Shown here: positions 59,702 through 64,000 of the stretch, piece after piece
Numbering within the stretch: the first letter of the stretch is position 1
Layout: each line of letters begins with the position of its first letter
Source of the DNA: Alloascoidea hylecoeti
Taxonomy: Eukaryota
Length of the DNA stretch: 64,000 bases
Reading direction: 5' to 3'
NCBI GenBank assembly: GCA_001600815.1
Contig: BCKZ01000003.1
Span: 1,351,474-1,415,473 of the forward strand
Program-made: the position numbers and the translations under genes
The notes under the pieces: generated by a model
The model's database searches: none
Told to the model about the DNA's origin: nothing
Seen by the model: the letters and a program-made list of their open reading frames with translations, nothing else

Positions 59702-62419
59702 CTATTTATTGATCTCCGATTCTGATCCTGTCGGTGAAACATTTTCACTTGATATTCCCCATAGGTTAAAATCGCAATTATCTTCATCTTGATAATCCGT
59801 TATCATAGGTGGAGATGAGGGAAAATTATCAATGGTTGATAAACTTAAAATTCCGCCGTTGGATTCAGACACAGTTGTAGCTATGGCTATAGGATTGTTT
59901 TCTTTATCTTCCAACTGTTGTAATTGTTCTTCACCTAAGGCACGTTTCAATTGGTCATACTCTGAATCAATTGGAGCTCCAGTAACGGAAGAAGGATGAG
60001 ATGGGAGGTGAGGTTCTCGAGGAGAAGGATCTGATAATGAAGTAACAAATGTTTTATTTAATGATTTTGATCGATTTTCACCAATATAATTCATTAATTT
60101 TAATTTTGCTTTCTCATCTTTTGATAATTTTGGATCTGATTTTTTTGTATTTAGCGAAGTAGTTGTACTTAATGGTTTTATTTTTTTATTTTTCTTTATG
60201 AAAATATTACTTGTATTGGTAGCATTAGTTGTAATTTTATCATTTAATTTCCCATTATTGTTATCATCATTAATTTTAATACTAGAATCTTTTGAAACTT
60301 TAGGCTTCTTTTCTTTTAATCGATTATGTAGATTCCAATATAAATTACAAGCTCTACATAAATGTATTCTTTTTTCAACACCATCAATATTTACATCAAT
60401 ACCAAACATTGAATCATCCATATCGCAATTTTCGCAAAGTTTAACTTGTTTGGTTTTGGTTGCTGTATTGAAGTTTGTAGTTGATGGTAATTGTACCGGT
60501 GCTTCTGTACACGGTTCAACTGGTTTCATTTTATGATTACCTTTCCAATATAACCCACATGGATTACATAAAGATAATATTGAATCAACATTTTCAAAAT
60601 GTCTCCATTTGGATGTAACGGTTGTATGACAATTGAAACATTCGAAATTTTGTGATACAGAGTCTATTGGTGATTTAGATACGGGTTTCAATTGACCGTT
60701 TATTGGCTTTGACTTTGATTTTCTTCTGTTAGGTGCTTTAATACTAATCTGACGAGTTTGTAATGAACTTGAAGATTTTGTAGTTTCTTCATCCCCACTA
60801 GAAGATCCGTTATTACTTCCGCTATTACCACTTTTATTCAATGCAATGAGATTAACAAGTCTTGGCGTAGTTGGCTCCTGAAATTGTGAAAGTGGTGATG
60901 ATTTTGAACATTGTAATTGTGATAATTTTTCTGAATTAGTATTGATTTTATTTGTCGTCGTTATAAATTGAGAAAGTGTATTTTTTATTTTAGGATTACT
61001 AAATTTATCACTAATACCAGAATCATATAATTTATTTTTATTATTAATCTCATAATCTTTTTTTATTTTTTTGGCTTGAGGTTTAGTTGATTTGTTATCG
61101 AGACCCAATGCTGCTTTTAGTTGACTATCTAATGATACTGCATTTAAAGATGGTAATGATTGTGTTCTAGCAGCTTGGATTTTCCTTTTAGTTGATGGTT
61201 GAATACTTTGAGGTGCTAGAGTGTTTAAAACTGGAAATGATGCTAAATGATTATTAATGCCATCCGTTGTTTTGGAAGCATTAACGTAGTTATTATTATA
61301 AGATTTATCTTTGGTTGAATTTTCTAATCTTCTTTGTTTAGTTGGGTTGGTTTTTAAAATTAAGTCAGATCCATGTATTTGTGAAGAAAAATGTGAAGAA
61401 ATACCAAGGTCATCATCTCTTGGTGTCGGTATAGGTGATGTTAAAATGCTTTCTAATTCTTCAGTGAAATAATTACTATCATATTCTGATGTGAGGAAAT
61501 GAGAAGAAGAAGCTACATCGCTTTTTAAATGTGTAGGAATATAACTACTATTACTTATTGGTAAATCTGAATATGAAAAATTATTATTCGAATGTTGAAT
61601 GAAATCAGCATCAGATGAAACAATTTGATTAGATTCTGTATATTCAATAAATTCATTCGTCCAACCAAATATATCAAGTTCATCGGAAACCTTTTCTGTT
61701 TTTTCATCATCTTCGCGTTCGTGTTTCTCTTTTTCAATCCCTTGATCTATTGATTTATGATTAAAACTTTTAAGTGGCATGTCGAGTTCTGATACACCAT
61801 CATATAAATGCATTGCTTTAGAAACCACCTGATTAGTGCAGTCAATCGGTTTCAGCTTCACTCGGATTTCAAGTATCTCATCTTTGCTTCCAGTTAATAA
61901 CGACATTAGGTTCTCACAAACGCGACCAGTGACGATTTCTGTATTTTTAACATCGTTTTCATTCTTTGATAATATGTTGCTTAAAAGACCATGTCCAATA
62001 TAGCATTGATCTATTTCGGTGTTGTCCAATGAATAAACTGAATATTCTTTTGTCGTGTCTGAAAGAAGTTCTGGGCTAAATAGGGAAAAAAACGCGAAAA
62101 ATAAGCTTGTTAGAATCCTTTCTCAATAATTCTCATAAGATTAATTAGCATACCTTGACTTTGTGACGGATAATATACATGATCTGATATCAGTTGCTCC
62201 CACACTATGTTGGGGGGTATCGAAAACGCGAACAAGGACAGGGCTGGCTGTTCGTGTCACACAATTCGTATTATCCATAGAGTATAAAATCTTCACTAAA
62301 AAGATTATAAAAAATGGTAAGAGAGAACAATTTCAAACAATTTAATAGTCATTGGCGATTCACTTACATCTCATGTATCGTCGTGAAGTACCAACTTTGT
62401 TCTTGTTGATGTCCGCCAT
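59702..62419 (-). CDS. Ams2/Spt21-family histone-gene regulator with GATA-type zinc fingers (exons 62419-62368, 62295-62154, 62075-59702)
   Basis: Spliced N-terminus MR/LKILYSMDNTNCVTR...VGATDIRSCILSVTKS/SPELL...EYSVYSLDNTE...IGHGLLS...IVTGRVC is the Ams2/Spt21 N-domain. Also ARTQSLP, CFNC-X20-CNPCGL, CENC-X22-CRAC, DKEN and PSSPP. Confidence 0.85.
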
Positions 62420-63103
62420 TTTTTTACGAGTGAAGTAAAAGAAAGAAAGGTAAAAAGAAAATCATAAAATAAACATGGTGGTTTGAAATATAGTTAATGC
62501 ATACCGCGGAAAATTACCGTACTGGGACTCCAGCAGAAAACTTGAAATGACTTGCTCCAATATCATGGGCTTAGTTTTCAATCACAATTTTAATAAGCCT
62601 GGAAAATTTTTATTTTAACCGAAATTCTAAATCTTTTTTCCAATTAAATTAAAAGCTCAAGTTAGAGATAGGAGCCATTTGTTAAGAAAATATACCAAAT
62701 GATGTATGTAACTGTGCATAATGAAGTTATAGGATAAGATCCGACATCGACTAAAAACTACAGTTTAAACAATTATCTATATTATAACTTTTAAAGATTT
62801 ATTTGTATTCATCAAGTCAAAAATAGTCCAATTAGTAATTAATTAAAGTAAAAGTCCTTAAAGATAAGATATAACAACACAAACAAAGAACATGATCCCA
62901 TGAAACATTTATTGAAAAATAGTACAGCAGACACATCGCTAATTATTGAAATAATTGAGAAAGTTTTCATTTTGCAAAAAAAAGATCATAGGTGATACAT
63001 TATCCAGAAATATCAGACATTTGAATTCAAAACATAAAAAAAAAAAAGCAAAAATTATATAGAATTGTCATTATTAAAAGATAATGTTTATTAATATTAT
63101 ATT

Positions 63104-63915
63104 TTAGATCAACACATTTAAGATAAACGAAGACGCGATTACGAAAATGCTGGTTGAAACAAGAGCACCATTATTTGAAGAACCCGTGGTATTAGCCTTA
63201 CCAGTGGACTGTTGGAAGCCACTATCATCATCATCCGAAGATGAAGAAGAAGTAGATTTGGAAGATGATGAGCTCTTTGAGGAGTCACTATCACTGTCAT
63301 TACTGTTATCACCTCTTGAAACATCATTACCACTTCCACTACCTGTTGGAACACCATTGACAGCACTTGTTGTTTTGGAAGATGAACTCTTGCTACTTCC
63401 GGAGTCGCTTGAACTAGAGCTGTCTTCATCCTCTTTACCATAATCAGGATTAAAACCAGTGGCAGCAAATGATCCTAGAATAGTGCTGTCATCTGTTATC
63501 TCAACATTAGATTGGTTTGCATTGATGTTATTGAAAACATAAGAACTTGAACCACTTGTTGATGTACCACTAGGGGCGTCGTAGCATTCGATTGAAACTT
63601 CATCAAGGACAGCATAATAATAACCATATTTCGTGATATCCTCAGCATCCCAATTTATCTCACCACCTGCCCAGGCGATTGTTCCTTCCGCATTACTTGC
63701 CAAACCACCGGGCCATAATGAAATTTGAACTCTTGAGGGTGTTTGAGGATAGTGATACTGCTGTGTAGTACTATTCCATGTGTCTGACTTATTTAAGGTT
63801 CTTCCAACTTCCCCATCAACACTCCATGTAATTTGATCTTCTGTCCAGTCAACTTCAAAACTATGTTCATTTTCAAAAGTATCAGTTGTTGTAATATTAT
63901 AAGAATTGATAGTAT
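63104..63915 (-). CDS. UTR2: GH16 GPI-anchored chitin transglycosylase, Utr2/Crh2 type; 3' part only
   Basis: DTFENEHSFEVDWTEDQITWSVDG, YPQTPSRVQISLWPGG, GTIAWAGGEINW, IECYD; Ser-rich stalk; hydrophobic GPI signal. 5' part not resolved in the window. Confidence 0.85.
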
Positions 63916-64000
63916 ATGTTGTTATTTCAATTTTAATTAACTTATTTCATGCTTACATATCCGATATGCAGTGCAGATCAATCATCAAATGATCTACATA

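Overview
AT-rich, moderately intron-rich fungal DNA, most likely a budding yeast (Saccharomycotina): short GT(A/G)NGT...CTAAY...AG introns and yeast-type orthologs. The left ~18 kb is accessory: three tandem RTA1-family membrane protein genes with duplicated flanks, a decayed pogo/Fot1 transposase and two F-box/WD40 relics. A gene-dense core follows: MCM3, SPF1, CDT1/TAH11, SSC1, UTP30, a KRE2-family mannosyltransferase, SEC20, NGL2, an asparagine-synthetase-domain gene, COA2, MNP1, a HAD phosphatase, ALG5, an Ams2/Spt21-type GATA factor and a partial UTR2. Interspersed are an IRE1-like kinase-KEN pseudogene, Tc1 and pogo relics, a possible adenylation-domain relic and a ~365-bp fold-back. Most notable: (1) the replication-licensing gene CDT1, supported by domains and synteny, carries an N-terminal 2OG/Fe(II) dioxygenase with all catalytic residues present (this domain is catalytically dead in S. 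cerevisiae Cdt1); (2) a long intergenic hairpin whose aligned transition mismatches are all G-U compatible on one strand; (3) an SPF1 start codon split by an intron. All identifications come from manual translation and motif recognition; no searches were run.
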